A DNA stretch of 64,000 nucleotides from Candidatus Eiseniibacteriota bacterium. Its GTDB lineage: Bacteria; Eisenbacteria; RBG-16-71-46; JABDJR01. The notes beneath the pieces are model-generated. The model did no database searches and was not told the DNA's origin. It saw only the letters and a list, made by a program, of their open reading frames with translations. The DNA is taken from NCBI GenBank assembly GCA_963762255.1, contig CAVXKA010000001.1, forward strand, positions 224,001 through 288,000, read 5' to 3'. A program made the translations under genes and the position numbers. Position 1 is the stretch's first letter, and each line of letters starts with the position of its first letter. Shown here in pieces: positions 33,838 to 43,857 of this stretch.

Positions 33838-34677
33838 CTAGCCCTTCACGCCGCCGAGCGTCAACCCGCTCACGAGGAAGCGATTGAGGACAAGGAACAG
33901 CACCACCACCGGGATCGAGACCAGCACGCTACCCGCCGCGTAGTTGGCCCATTCGGTCTGAAACGTCCCGGCCAGGGCCTCCAGCCCCAAGGGAAGGGTG
34001 AAGAGGTTCTGGTTGGACAGAACGACGCGGGCCACGATGAACTCGGACCATGCCGCCATGAACGAGAAGAGCGCGGTGATGGTGAGTGCGGGCAAAGAGA
34101 GCGGGAGCACGATCCTCACGAACGCTCCCATCGGCGTCAGGCCGTCGATGAGCGCGGCCTCCTCAAGATCTCGGGGTATGGAATCGTAGTACCCCTTCAT
34201 CGTCCACACGCAGAACGGCAGTGCCGTGGTCACGTAGACGATCATGAGCCCCATGAGCGAGTTCAGGAGATTCAGCTTCTGCAGCAGCAGGTACATGGGA
34301 AGGAGGAGCATCGTGGCCGGGAACATCTGGGTGATCAGGAACGACGTGAGGCCGATCCGGTGCCCGGGGAAGCGGAATCGGCTGAACGCGTAGCCCGAGG
34401 TGGCCGCCAGCGCCACCCCGATCAGGGTCACCGAAAGCGATACGATGAGGCTGTTTTTGAGCCAGAGCAGGAAGGGCTTCTCGAAGAGGATGATCCGGTA
34501 CGCCTTGAAGCTCGCTCCTTCCGGGATCAGCCGCAGCGAGGTCGAATAGAGCTGGTCCCCGGGGCGCAGGGAAATCCCGATGATCTGGAGGATCGGGTAG
34601 AGGGTGAGAAGCGTCACCACGATGAGAGTCGCGTGGACCAGCGCCCGCTGCCACCGGGGGGCCTTGATCTCCCCCAT
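33838..34677 (-). CDS. malG: Maltose/maltodextrin ABC permease, MalG-like
   Basis: WLKNSL, GYAFSRFRFPG, EAA loop IPRDLEEAALIDG, TLPLGL, LVSGLTLGGVKG. Confidence 0.85.
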   Translation of the reverse strand: MGEIKAPRWQRALVHATLIVVTLLTLYPILQIIGISLRPGDQLYSTSLRLIPEGASFKAYRIILFEKPFLLWLKNSLIVSLSVTLIGVALAATSGYAFSRFRFPGHRIGLTSFLITQMFPATMLLLPMYLLLQKLNLLNSLMGLMIVYVTTALPFCVWTMKGYYDSIPRDLEEAALIDGLTPMGAFVRIVLPLSLPALTITALFSFMAAWSEFIVARVVLSNQNLFTLPLGLEALAGTFQTEWANYAAGSVLVSIPVVVLFLVLNRFLVSGLTLGGVKG

Positions 34678-35555
34678 CAGTACACCGACTCCGTGCCCCG
34701 GGAGAAGCGCATGGTGATGAACACGAAGGCCAGCAACAGGAGGAAGATCACGATGGAAAACGCGGCGGCGTACCCGTAGCGGTACAGGGTGAATGCCTCG
34801 TTGTAGACGTAGGTGACCAGAATGTGGCTCTTATTGGCGGGCTTTCCGCCGTTGGTCACCAGCCAGATCACGTTGAGGTTGTTGAAGGTCCAGATGGTGC
34901 CGAGAACGATGGCCGGCACCAGCACCGGCTTCAGGAGCGGCAGCGTCACGTGGCGCAGCTTCCGCCACCAGTTGGCGCCGTCGATGGCGGCCACCTCATA
35001 GAGCTCGTGGGGGATCGACTGGAGCCCCCCGAGCGCAATCACCATCATGAACGGAAAGCCGAGCCAGATATTGGCGATGATGGCGGCGCTGAAGGCGCCG
35101 GTGGCGTCGGAGAGCCAGGGCACTTGCGGCAAACCGAACTTGTGGAGCCACAAGTTCACCGCCCCGTACTCGTAGTTGAAGAGTCCCCGCCAGGTCAGCG
35201 CAGAAATGTACTGCGGGATGGCCCAGGGGAGAATCAAGAGCGCCCGGTACGCCCATTGGCCGCGGATGGGGCGATTGAGCAAGATGGCCAGGGCGACACC
35301 GAAGGTGACGTGGAAGAAGAGGTTCACCACCGTCCACACCACCGTCTTCAGGAACACCCAGTACATCGGCGCGCTCGTGAAGAGTTCCACGAAGTTCCGC
35401 AATCCGACGAACTCGGGGTTGCGGAACGTGTAGAGGTTCATGTTGGAGAAGGCGATGCGGAAGTTGTAGAGGAACGGGTAGGCCACGACCAGGACCATGA
35501 CCAGGATGGACGGCAGGACGAGGGCGTAAGCGAGAGGAATGCTGCGACGGTTCAT
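34677..35555 (-). CDS. malF: Maltose/maltodextrin ABC permease, MalF-like
   Basis: FVGLRNF, LILPWAIP, WLGFPFMM..GGLQSIP.ELYE.A.IDGA, FNNLNVI, ILVTYVY. Confidence 0.85.
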   Translation of the reverse strand: MNRRSIPLAYALVLPSILVMVLVVAYPFLYNFRIAFSNMNLYTFRNPEFVGLRNFVELFTSAPMYWVFLKTVVWTVVNLFFHVTFGVALAILLNRPIRGQWAYRALLILPWAIPQYISALTWRGLFNYEYGAVNLWLHKFGLPQVPWLSDATGAFSAAIIANIWLGFPFMMVIALGGLQSIPHELYEVAAIDGANWWRKLRHVTLPLLKPVLVPAIVLGTIWTFNNLNVIWLVTNGGKPANKSHILVTYVYNEAFTLYRYGYAAAFSIVIFLLLLAFVFITMRFSRGTESVY

Positions 35556-36838
35556 CGCTTCATGGACTCGATCTTCTCCACCGCGTCCGCCTGCATGTCG
35601 TGCGCCGCCGCCTCGGGAGTCTTGCTCCCGTTCATCACCGCCTGCATGTTCGGGCGCATGGCGTCCCAGATCACCCGCATCTCAGGCACCACCGGCATGC
35701 GACGCCCTACCTTCCACTGCTCCAGCGATGCCAGCAGCGTTGCGTCGCCGCGAATCTCCGGCCGGTCGTAGGCGGCTTGGATGCTGGGGAGAATGCCCAG
35801 CTCGACCCCGAACCGCGCGGAAATGTCGGCCGAGGTGAGGTAGTCCAGCAGTTCTTTCACCACCGCCTCCTTGGCGGCGGGGAGGTTCACGTTCACCGAG
35901 TATCCCTTGCTCCCGATCATGGGCGCGGCCCAGGGTCCACCGGGCTCCGCGCGCGGGATGCGGGCGAGCTTGAACGGCACCCCGGCCTGCTGGTAATCGC
36001 GGAAGGACCAGGGACCGTTCACGATCATGGCCACCTTGCTCCCCTTGAACAGAGTGTCCATGAGTTGGTAGTCGCACTCCCTGGGCATGACCTCGTATTT
36101 GTCGCGCAACTCCCGGAGGAACGTCAGAGCCTTCACGGTGGCCGGACTGTCGAGGGTGGGCCGCCGCTCGGCGTCCATAACCCAGCCCCCGTAAGCCGTG
36201 ATGAAGGGAACGAGCCAGAAGGGCTCGTTGAACTCGAAGGCCAGCCCGTACACATCGACGCGTCCCGACGACTTCTTCATGGCCGCCTGGGCCGCCCGGA
36301 TCAGGTCCGCGAAGGTCTCGGGCGGGGTGCCGACCAGTTCCGTGTTGTAGAGCAGGTTCAAGTGGTTGCCGACCTGGTCGGGAAGCGCCCACACGTGTCC
36401 ATCAAGGGTATCGAGCGCGGCGGGCAGGAACCGCGCCCATGTCGCGGGGGGCAGGAACTCATCGAGCGGGCGGATGATCTGGAGAATGGAGAACGGACCT
36501 ACCTGGTCCGACGGACCGTACACGAGATCCGGTCCCCCACCGGCCAGCGCGGCGGTCTGGTACTGGCTGCGCAGGTTCTCGGTGTCGTAGTGCACGAGCG
36601 AGACCGTCAGCCCCGGGTGGCTCGCCTGGTACTCGGCGAGGATCGCCTCCATCACCGCCTTCTCCTGCGGGTCGCGCTGCTCCCAGATGACGATCTCCAC
36701 CGGGCCGGCGGGCTTGTCTCCCCCGCTCTTCTTGCCGCCGCATCCGCTAAGAAGCAGACCCGGGATCGCGGCCAGAAGCACCAGGGCCGCCGCGAACCCG
36801 TGACCGAGCCGTGACCTGTGCCGGAGTCGCATGGGCAT
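35552..36838 (-). CDS. malE: Maltodextrin-binding ABC substrate-binding lipoprotein (MalE/MdxE-like)
   Basis: Lipobox LSGC; GGGPDLVYGPSD, LLYNTELV..PP.TF, AMIVNGPW, MPVVPEM..IW. Confidence 0.8.
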   Translation of the reverse strand: MPMRLRHRSRLGHGFAAALVLLAAIPGLLLSGCGGKKSGGDKPAGPVEIVIWEQRDPQEKAVMEAILAEYQASHPGLTVSLVHYDTENLRSQYQTAALAGGGPDLVYGPSDQVGPFSILQIIRPLDEFLPPATWARFLPAALDTLDGHVWALPDQVGNHLNLLYNTELVGTPPETFADLIRAAQAAMKKSSGRVDVYGLAFEFNEPFWLVPFITAYGGWVMDAERRPTLDSPATVKALTFLRELRDKYEVMPRECDYQLMDTLFKGSKVAMIVNGPWSFRDYQQAGVPFKLARIPRAEPGGPWAAPMIGSKGYSVNVNLPAAKEAVVKELLDYLTSADISARFGVELGILPSIQAAYDRPEIRGDATLLASLEQWKVGRRMPVVPEMRVIWDAMRPNMQAVMNGSKTPEAAAHDMQADAVEKIESMKR

Positions 36839-36845
36839 TCCCTTC

Positions 36846-37322
36846 TTAAGGAACAACGAGCAACGAGTTCTTGCCGCCGTACCCATCGTCGGCGGACTCC
36901 GGGTTCGCGGGGTCCGTCTTCCACTCGGAGCCGTTCACCACGAACTTGTATTGGTAGCTCCCGGGATCCAGAGGCTTCACGACAAACCACACTCCACCAT
37001 CCCCCTTCGTCAAGGGATCAGCCGAGGTGTTCCAACTGTTGAAGGTCCCGGCGAGGCTCACGTTGGCGGCGCTGGGGGCACTGAGCGTGAACCGCCACCC
37101 CGCGTCGGTCTTGGTGGGAGCCTGGGCGGCGCCACCTGCTTGGGCCTGGCCCGCCGGAGCCTGTACCGCCGGGGCGGCCGGAGCCGCGCCTCCGCTCGGT
37201 TGAGCGAGGCCGGGGTACGGGCGCGTGCGATCGCAACCCGAGGCCACGAGCAGAAGGGCCAGAGCTGCCGCGATGCCCGGAAGAACGCGGCCGCTCACCG
37301 ACAAGATCGTGCGTGACTTCAT
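36846..37322 (-). CDS. Small CBM48 (glycogen-binding, AMPK-beta-like) lipoprotein
   Basis: Lipobox ASGC; VSLAGTFNSW..GVW..L.PG.YQYKFVVNG..W.TDPANP..DGYGG.NS; GGAGG RBS. Confidence 0.85.
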   Translation of the reverse strand: MKSRTILSVSGRVLPGIAAALALLLVASGCDRTRPYPGLAQPSGGAAPAAPAVQAPAGQAQAGGAAQAPTKTDAGWRFTLSAPSAANVSLAGTFNSWNTSADPLTKGDGGVWFVVKPLDPGSYQYKFVVNGSEWKTDPANPESADDGYGGKNSLLVVP

Positions 37323-37383
37323 GGATGTCCTCCATCGAGGCGGGGCGAGCGGCTTCATGCCGCCCACCCGCGCCGGCGAGGGA

Positions 37384-39633
37384 TCATTGCTGAGCTACGG
37401 TGAACTGCTGGCGCCGCTCGTCGAGGGTGAAGACATACGTCCCCGTCCCCGGGAACTGCACCTTGAGCGCGGTCCCTTGCCCGCTCACCGGCCGCACCGG
37501 GAACGTCCCGGGGAGCGTGAGCAGCGTGTTCTCGTCACCGCCGTAATCTGGCGGGGTGTCGAACGCGCCGTCGGTCAGGAACTTGAAGAACTTCGGCGCC
37601 CCGATCATATCCGCCGTGATCGCGAGCGTGACCGTCCACACGCAAGGCGGGGACTCGACCATCTGCGGGGCCTCGGCGGGATCCCACGAGGTGAACTCGC
37701 CGACGATCTGGATCGTGTTGAAGGCCGAAGTCCCGGCCGCCAGGGTGATGCTGCCCAGGTCCACATTGGCGCCCGCCACCGCCACACCGGAGCGGGTCTC
37801 TTTGACGAAGCAGGGAGAGGAGATCTCCACCTTGTACGTGCCGTTGGGCAGCGTCTGGAATCGGAACGTCCGCGCGGACGCGTCGCTCTTGACCGTGGCC
37901 AGCGGCGTTGTGGCCGTGCCCTGGTACAGGTCCACCGTCGCCTGCGGGTAGGGGCCGGTGGAAAGACCCGCGAACGCTACCGTCCCGGTGATCCCGCCGG
38001 TGGGCACGGTTCCCAAAAGGGTCGCGGAGAACTCGAGCCCGGACTCGTCGAGCCGGAACACGTAGTCCCCACCGGTCAGCACCGAGATCTTGAGCGCCGT
38101 CCCCTGACCGGAAACTGGCATCACGGCATAAGTCCCCGGCAGAGGCAGTGTCTCGCTCTCCGATCCGCCGTAGTCCAGCGGGCTGTCGAAGGCGCCGCCG
38201 GTGACGAACTTGAAGTTGTAGGTACCGGGTTGAATGGTGAGGGTGTCGACCCAGACGCAGTTCGGGAGTTTGGTCATGGACGGGAATTGCAGGCTCCACG
38301 CGTTGAAATCGCCCAGAACCTGGATCTTCGTGAACGCGCTCTCGCAGCCAGGCACCAGGGTGATCGTCCCGATATCGAAGACCTCGCCCCTCACGTACGC
38401 GACCGCGTTATGGCGCCCCTCGAGGTACCCCGGTGCGGTGACGACGACGTCGTAGTTCCCGCTGTTGAGCCCCTTGAAGGCGAACGCGCTGTCGGTCTCC
38501 GCGCTTGCCAGAACCGTCGTCGTTCCCGCGGTCCGGACCTTCACGGTGGCGGTGGGCCGTGTCGAAGGATGATCGGCGAACTGCACCACGCCGCTCAAAC
38601 TGCCGGTCAACTCGGCCAGGGTAATTGCGCCGAGATCCGTGTCCTGGCCGTTGGTGAAGGCCACGCCGGTTCGGCGCTCCTGCGCGAAATCGGTCGCGGT
38701 GATCACGACGTCGTAGCTGCCGGTCGCCAACCCAACGAATGCAAACGCGCTGTCGGTCTGCGCGCTCTGCACCTCCGTCGAGGATCCCGCGTTGAAGACC
38801 GTGACCGTGGCTTGCGGCCGCGGGCGCGGATTCCCCTGGAAGAGCACCACACCCTTGAGCGCTCCACCGGGCACTTCGAGCGTGACGTCACCCAGGCGAG
38901 ATTCCCGATTATGCCGGACGACGATACCACCGAGGCGCTGCGTCAGGTACCCGGGGCTCGTCACCGTGACCTCGTAGAGCCCGACCCCGACATCGATGAA
39001 GCTGAACTCGCCGGTCTGAGGATCGGTGGAGGCGATCAACGAACCCGCCTCCGCCCCCGGAGGGGTGATGGAGAACTCGCCCGTCCCCTCGTTCAGCACG
39101 ATCTGGTATTCCCCGGCGGTCTTCACCGAGATCTTGAGTGCGGTTCCCTGCCCCGAGACAGGGAGGGCGGGATAGGTTCCGGGCACGACCAGCACATCGT
39201 TTTCGCTTCCGCCGTAGTCGGGCGGACTGTCGAACGCCCCTTCGGTGACGAATTTGAACAAGTACGTGCCGGCCTGGATGGTCAGGGTGTCGATCCAGAC
39301 GCACTCCTGATCCTTGGTCATGAGCGGAGCCAGGGTCAGATCCCACGAGGTGAACTCGCCGGCGATCTGGATCTTGGTGAACTGGCTCTGACACACCCCC
39401 GCCGAGGGGGCGGCCACCACCACGCGGGCGCTGGGATAGGGCGGCGTACCGAGTCCCTGGAACACGACGCGTCCCACGATGTCCCCGCTGCCGCCGGGGC
39501 CCTCGATGCGCGTGACATCGGGGTTGTCCCCGCAGCCACCGAGCCATCCCAGGACGGCCGTCACGAGGAGCGCCGCGGCGATTCGAGTCGCCCGTCGCCG
39601 GGTCCTATGCAAAGGATCGGATGCCATCCACAT
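37384..39633 (-). CDS. Surface lipoprotein with three SusE/SusF-like starch-binding repeats and carboxypeptidase-regulatory-like domains
   Basis: Lipobox LGGC; 3x F..IQ..G(E/D)F..W....M.....CVW..TL.I...FKF.T.GAFD.P.DYGG.E..PGT....PVSGQGTALK; interspersed F.F.GL..G.Y.V..TA domains. Confidence 0.75.
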   Translation of the reverse strand: MWMASDPLHRTRRRATRIAAALLVTAVLGWLGGCGDNPDVTRIEGPGGSGDIVGRVVFQGLGTPPYPSARVVVAAPSAGVCQSQFTKIQIAGEFTSWDLTLAPLMTKDQECVWIDTLTIQAGTYLFKFVTEGAFDSPPDYGGSENDVLVVPGTYPALPVSGQGTALKISVKTAGEYQIVLNEGTGEFSITPPGAEAGSLIASTDPQTGEFSFIDVGVGLYEVTVTSPGYLTQRLGGIVVRHNRESRLGDVTLEVPGGALKGVVLFQGNPRPRPQATVTVFNAGSSTEVQSAQTDSAFAFVGLATGSYDVVITATDFAQERRTGVAFTNGQDTDLGAITLAELTGSLSGVVQFADHPSTRPTATVKVRTAGTTTVLASAETDSAFAFKGLNSGNYDVVVTAPGYLEGRHNAVAYVRGEVFDIGTITLVPGCESAFTKIQVLGDFNAWSLQFPSMTKLPNCVWVDTLTIQPGTYNFKFVTGGAFDSPLDYGGSESETLPLPGTYAVMPVSGQGTALKISVLTGGDYVFRLDESGLEFSATLLGTVPTGGITGTVAFAGLSTGPYPQATVDLYQGTATTPLATVKSDASARTFRFQTLPNGTYKVEISSPCFVKETRSGVAVAGANVDLGSITLAAGTSAFNTIQIVGEFTSWDPAEAPQMVESPPCVWTVTLAITADMIGAPKFFKFLTDGAFDTPPDYGGDENTLLTLPGTFPVRPVSGQGTALKVQFPGTGTYVFTLDERRQQFTVAQQ

Positions 39634-39671
39634 GCCCTGTCCCTCTTCCCGGTCCGCGCGGGACCGGTGGG

Positions 39672-40073
39672 TCAATCGACAATCAAGAGCGAGTTGAAAC
39701 CGCCGTATCCGTCGTCCTTGCGCTGGGGATTGTTGGGATCTTCCTTCCAGTTGTTCTCGTCGACGACGAACTTGTACTCGTAGCGTCCCGGCGGGAGGTG
39801 TTCGCGCCGTTCCCAGATGCCATCCCCATCCGGATCTTCCATCTTGCCCACCTGGTAGGTGCCGGTCTGCGCCTGGCCGCCGAGCCAGTTGTTCTCGGGC
39901 CAGTTGCCGGCGAGCTGAACCACACGGGCCGCCGGCGCCTGAAAGCGGAACAGTACGGTCCCGTCCGATTGACGGGTGGGAGGCGGCAGCCGCTTCTTGA
40001 TGAAGTTGAGGCCGCAGCCGGTCTGTCCCGCCGCCAGGGCGATCAGGATCAGACCGAGAACGAGCTTGCGCAT
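39672..40073 (-). CDS. Small CBM48 lipoprotein
   Basis: Lipobox QTGC; FRFQAP.A..VQLAG, DGDGIW..LPPGRYEYKFVVD..W..DPNNP..DGYGGFNS. Confidence 0.85.
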   Translation of the reverse strand: MRKLVLGLILIALAAGQTGCGLNFIKKRLPPPTRQSDGTVLFRFQAPAARVVQLAGNWPENNWLGGQAQTGTYQVGKMEDPDGDGIWERREHLPPGRYEYKFVVDENNWKEDPNNPQRKDDGYGGFNSLLIVD

Positions 40074-40090
40074 GAAAGATCACCTCTCCA

Positions 40091-42271
40091 TCAGAACTTG
40101 ATAATCGCCTCGAGCTGGAAGCGCTTCTCGTCTTCCAACTCCTGCTCCGCGCTGCGGACGGTGCCCGCCATGTTCAGGTACTGGGTCTTCGCCGCGTTGC
40201 CGTCGGCTCCCCGCTCGAAAATGAACATATCCCGGCCGATGTGCTTGTACTCGTTGGCCACCCCGTCGATCACCCACGGGTCCACTCCCCAGGACAGGCC
40301 CATCTCCATGGCCGGCGTGAACCGGTACTTGAGCTCCACGAAATGCGAGGTGAAGGTGTCCTTGAGCCGGAGCACCGGATCGTCGTAACGGACAATACGC
40401 GTGTCGGTGTTGAGACCGAGCCGCCGGGTGAGATCGAGGTGGAACGCGATCTGGTTGTCCCAGTACTTGGGCTTACGGCTCAAGCCGGTCGAATTCAGGA
40501 TTGCCCAGTACTCCACCGAGACATTGCGCGGGCGGTAGAAGGTCCACTTGGCGTGCGGCTTCCACGAGACCACGTCCTCGCCGCCCAGCATCACCAGACG
40601 GTCCACCGTGACCACGTGCTCGCCCTGCTCCAGCCAGAAGTTGTTGCTGTCGAACCAGAACTGATCGGTCCACGTCGCGCGGCGGTCGTAGCGGAAATCG
40701 TAGTAGTCCACCTTGAGCTCGGCTTCCCAGGGCCAGAGCTTCCATTCCGCTCCGTCGAACTTCACCCCGGTCCGGTACGTGGTCACCGCGTTGTAGCGGG
40801 TCTCGGGCGCGTACGTGCGATTGACGAGATCCGCGTCCTGGAACTCCATGGCGCCGGTCAGGTGCCAGCCTCGATAGGCGAAGTAGTGCACTCCGGCCGT
40901 GAACCGGCGGCTGGTGTTGAGCCGGAGGGTGCGGCTGTTCTCTCCACGCAGGGTCTGGGTGGTATCCGCGCCGGTGCCGTTGACGGAATCGATCCCGGAG
41001 TAGGTGATCTGGCGGTACTCGCCCTTGCCCGTTCCGATCCAGCTCTCGCCGCCGAGGACCTCGCCGAACAACTCGACGCCGGAGGGATCGTTCCGATAGC
41101 GGAGATCCAACCCGCCGCCGTGCCAGCTCTCCACCGTGCGCGGGAAGTAGCGGACGAAAAGACGGCGGGAATCTGCGGAGAGCGCTTGGTCGTCCACGAT
41201 CTGGACCAGCGCCCCCGGGTTCCGCCCGCGATCCACTCGGTAGGAGACTCCGGCGGTCAGACTCTCTCCGAGCGGGCGCGTCCACCGTGTGGCCAGCACG
41301 TTCTTGTTGTTGTCGGACGTGTTGACGTTGTACCGGCTGGTCCCGAACGCGGTGCCGCTCGGGGCGCCGATCACATCGCTCTTCAGGGTCTGGAGCGGAA
41401 CGTCCTGCGGGCTGTCGACGCCGCCGGTCCGGAAATCATCCGAGTACAGAAGGCGCCCCTCGAACTTGCCGAACTGCCGCCATGCCATCACTCCCTGCTG
41501 GTTGTAGCCCCAGGAGTGGTGGTACAGGCCGACGTCGCCGACCAGGTGCAGCGGATCGTCCCACACGCCCACCGAATCGTTGTCGAAGGCGACGAGGTTG
41601 ATGTCCTCGTTCTGCAGGAGGAGGCTCCCCCGGTCGAAGCGGAGGTTCGACTCCCAGAGTTGCACGTTCTGGTTCTGGTTGTTGATGTTGGTGAGAACGT
41701 GGGCGGTCAGATCTTCGTTCACGCGGATATTGAAGTCGAGGTCGATGTCGAAGTTGGGCCGGTCCAGATTCCACTCGGGGTTGCTCCCGGGGATCTTGCG
41801 GTCCTGCATGAGCACGATGTAGCGGGATCCCAGGAACACCTTGGGGGAGAGCTCGGTGTTGGAGGTGGCTTTCAGGACCACCACTTTTCCGTCCCCGCCG
41901 ATCTTCACCAGCGAGTTGCCGAAGTCGCCGCCGGTGACCGGATTCTCCGGATCCGCCACCCATTGTCCGTCGACCACGAACTTGTACTGGTGCTCGCCGG
42001 CGGTGAGCGGAACAACGACGGACCACACCCCGTCTCCACTCCGGGTCAAGGGCGCGACGGTGGCATTCCAATCGTTGAAATCGCCGGCCAGGCTTACCTG
42101 GCCCGCGTAGGAATCGGTGTAGGAGAACCGGACGCCTCCCGCCGCCGATTCGACTCCCGCCCCGGCCGGGGCCGCCCAAGGCAGCGCCAGCACCAGGACG
42201 AGCAGCGCCCATCCGATCCGCCACAGGCCCCTCGGCGGGGCCGTCCGAAACGAGGTCGGGATCGATCGCAT
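40091..42271 (-). CDS. CBM48-fused putative outer-membrane beta-barrel protein
   Basis: Signal peptide; CBM48 VSLAGDFNDW..HQYKFVVDGQWVADPENP; amphipathic beta strands; terminal FQLEAIIKF beta-signal. Confidence 0.7.
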   Translation of the reverse strand: MRSIPTSFRTAPPRGLWRIGWALLVLVLALPWAAPAGAGVESAAGGVRFSYTDSYAGQVSLAGDFNDWNATVAPLTRSGDGVWSVVVPLTAGEHQYKFVVDGQWVADPENPVTGGDFGNSLVKIGGDGKVVVLKATSNTELSPKVFLGSRYIVLMQDRKIPGSNPEWNLDRPNFDIDLDFNIRVNEDLTAHVLTNINNQNQNVQLWESNLRFDRGSLLLQNEDINLVAFDNDSVGVWDDPLHLVGDVGLYHHSWGYNQQGVMAWRQFGKFEGRLLYSDDFRTGGVDSPQDVPLQTLKSDVIGAPSGTAFGTSRYNVNTSDNNKNVLATRWTRPLGESLTAGVSYRVDRGRNPGALVQIVDDQALSADSRRLFVRYFPRTVESWHGGGLDLRYRNDPSGVELFGEVLGGESWIGTGKGEYRQITYSGIDSVNGTGADTTQTLRGENSRTLRLNTSRRFTAGVHYFAYRGWHLTGAMEFQDADLVNRTYAPETRYNAVTTYRTGVKFDGAEWKLWPWEAELKVDYYDFRYDRRATWTDQFWFDSNNFWLEQGEHVVTVDRLVMLGGEDVVSWKPHAKWTFYRPRNVSVEYWAILNSTGLSRKPKYWDNQIAFHLDLTRRLGLNTDTRIVRYDDPVLRLKDTFTSHFVELKYRFTPAMEMGLSWGVDPWVIDGVANEYKHIGRDMFIFERGADGNAAKTQYLNMAGTVRSAEQELEDEKRFQLEAIIKF

Positions 42272-43857
42272 CAGAAGGTCCCCTTCAAAGTGAGACGGAC
42301 CAGATCCTTGTTGTCGGCGCTTCCCTCGAGGTTTCCCTCGTAGACGGGGTTGCTTCCGCCGCCGATCCAGAACGGACCGTAGGCCAGGAACAGCTCCAGG
42401 TTGGGGCGGGGCCGGTACTGAAGCTCGCTGAAGAGCCCCTTCCTCACCCGGGCGGGGTCGTTGCCGAACGTGAAACGGTTGTACATCTTGACCGTGCTGC
42501 TGATGTTCACCGAGGTTTCGAACGAACCGAGTTCCTTCTGGAAGACGGTGCTGAGATCCCGGATCCGGAACTGCAAGCGCATCCAGGCCAACTTGTTCTC
42601 GACCTGCATCTCGGCGAAGACGTCGTCGTTGTCGGTGACCTGCTTGATCGTGGTGTTTCCGTCGTTCTGCCAGTCACGGGTGGTGCGCTTGCGGTAGAAC
42701 AGCTTGCTGGTGAACCCGTTCACGAACTCGACGTAGGCTTCGGAGTAGAACTCGGTGACATGCCGGCTCTGGTTCACGCGCTTGGTATAGGAGAGGTAGT
42801 TGTTCGAAAGCGTGATGGCCCGCCCCGGAACCAGGTACCAGGTGTTGACGTAGTAGCCGTTCTCGTCGCTGTTGCCGTCGCCGAGCTGGTTGCGGAACTG
42901 GGGCCCGTAGTACCAGCAACTGGGGGCGACGTTGAGATACCCGACCCGATAGTCCCCCACCCGTAGAGACCGGATCTCCGCTTTCACCACCGCGTCGTCG
43001 GGAAGCCCGTCCTCGGGGTGGCGGAGGCTGAACTTCGAGACGTCCATCGCGTCGCTGCGGTAGGGGGTGCCGACCGTGCGCTGCTGGCCTTCCGCATACT
43101 CGAGCGAGAAATCGATGTTGCTCCACGTGTAGCGCAGGTCGCCGGCCCAGACTTCGGTGACCGAAGCCTGATCCACCCCCGATCGCTTCACCGTGTTCTT
43201 GTGGTTCCAGGTGACGCCGCTACGGAGCTTGCCGCCGAAGAACTCGCGCCGGAGTCGGCCGATGTAGGCGTCGTCGGTGGCGGTCGGCTTGTCGGGAAGA
43301 GAACCGTTGGAGGGATTGCTCTGGGAAGAAAAGTCGCTCGCGATCAGGTTGATGTAGGTGGAGCCCTTGACCCCCAACATGGAATCGCGCGACCAGAGGT
43401 TAAGCCGCACGCCTTGCGCGTTGCCGCCGTCGTTGGAGGATCCCCCCTGGACGACCTGGATGAGGTGGTTGTCCACCCAGAAACGATCCTGGCGGCTGAA
43501 CAGGTAGGTCTCGATCCCCTTTCCGTTCACGTCCCGGTTGTAGCGCACGTGGGCTTCTCGGTACTGGAAGAGCGGTCTGCGGTTGCTGTTGCTCCCGGTG
43601 TTCCACTCCGCCTCGAACTTGGTGAATGCCTCCAGACCCGGGATCGGCTGGCTGAACAGCCGGAACTGCGTGTTGTTGAAGGTGTCGTTGCTGTTGCTGT
43701 CGAAGTCCCACTCGTAGCGGCGGTCCTGCTTTCGGACGTCGAGCTGGAAGACGTACTCGCCCTCAAGGCGGGTGAACGCCAGGACGGGGAGGGCCCCGGC
43801 CAGCAGGGCGGAGACGGCGAGCGCGGCAACGAGGAGGCGGGGCGAGCGCGGGGTCAT
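42271..43857 (-). CDS. Putative outer-membrane beta-barrel (porin-like) protein
   Basis: Signal peptide VLA; alternating aromatic/hydrophobic strands; terminal VRLTLKGTF; translationally coupled on both sides. Confidence 0.7.
   Translation of the reverse strand: MTPRSPRLLVAALAVSALLAGALPVLAFTRLEGEYVFQLDVRKQDRRYEWDFDSNSNDTFNNTQFRLFSQPIPGLEAFTKFEAEWNTGSNSNRRPLFQYREAHVRYNRDVNGKGIETYLFSRQDRFWVDNHLIQVVQGGSSNDGGNAQGVRLNLWSRDSMLGVKGSTYINLIASDFSSQSNPSNGSLPDKPTATDDAYIGRLRREFFGGKLRSGVTWNHKNTVKRSGVDQASVTEVWAGDLRYTWSNIDFSLEYAEGQQRTVGTPYRSDAMDVSKFSLRHPEDGLPDDAVVKAEIRSLRVGDYRVGYLNVAPSCWYYGPQFRNQLGDGNSDENGYYVNTWYLVPGRAITLSNNYLSYTKRVNQSRHVTEFYSEAYVEFVNGFTSKLFYRKRTTRDWQNDGNTTIKQVTDNDDVFAEMQVENKLAWMRLQFRIRDLSTVFQKELGSFETSVNISSTVKMYNRFTFGNDPARVRKGLFSELQYRPRPNLELFLAYGPFWIGGGSNPVYEGNLEGSADNKDLVRLTLKGTF

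Noticed and set aside
37384-39400. Repeated DNA segments as a possible CRISPR or DGR template
   Set aside because: In-frame domain duplications; no regular repeat-spacer pattern, no cas or reverse transcriptase gene
31414-42343. Long plus-strand ORFs (740, 852 and 700 aa) across the glucan locus
   Set aside because: Antisense shadows of well-supported minus-strand genes
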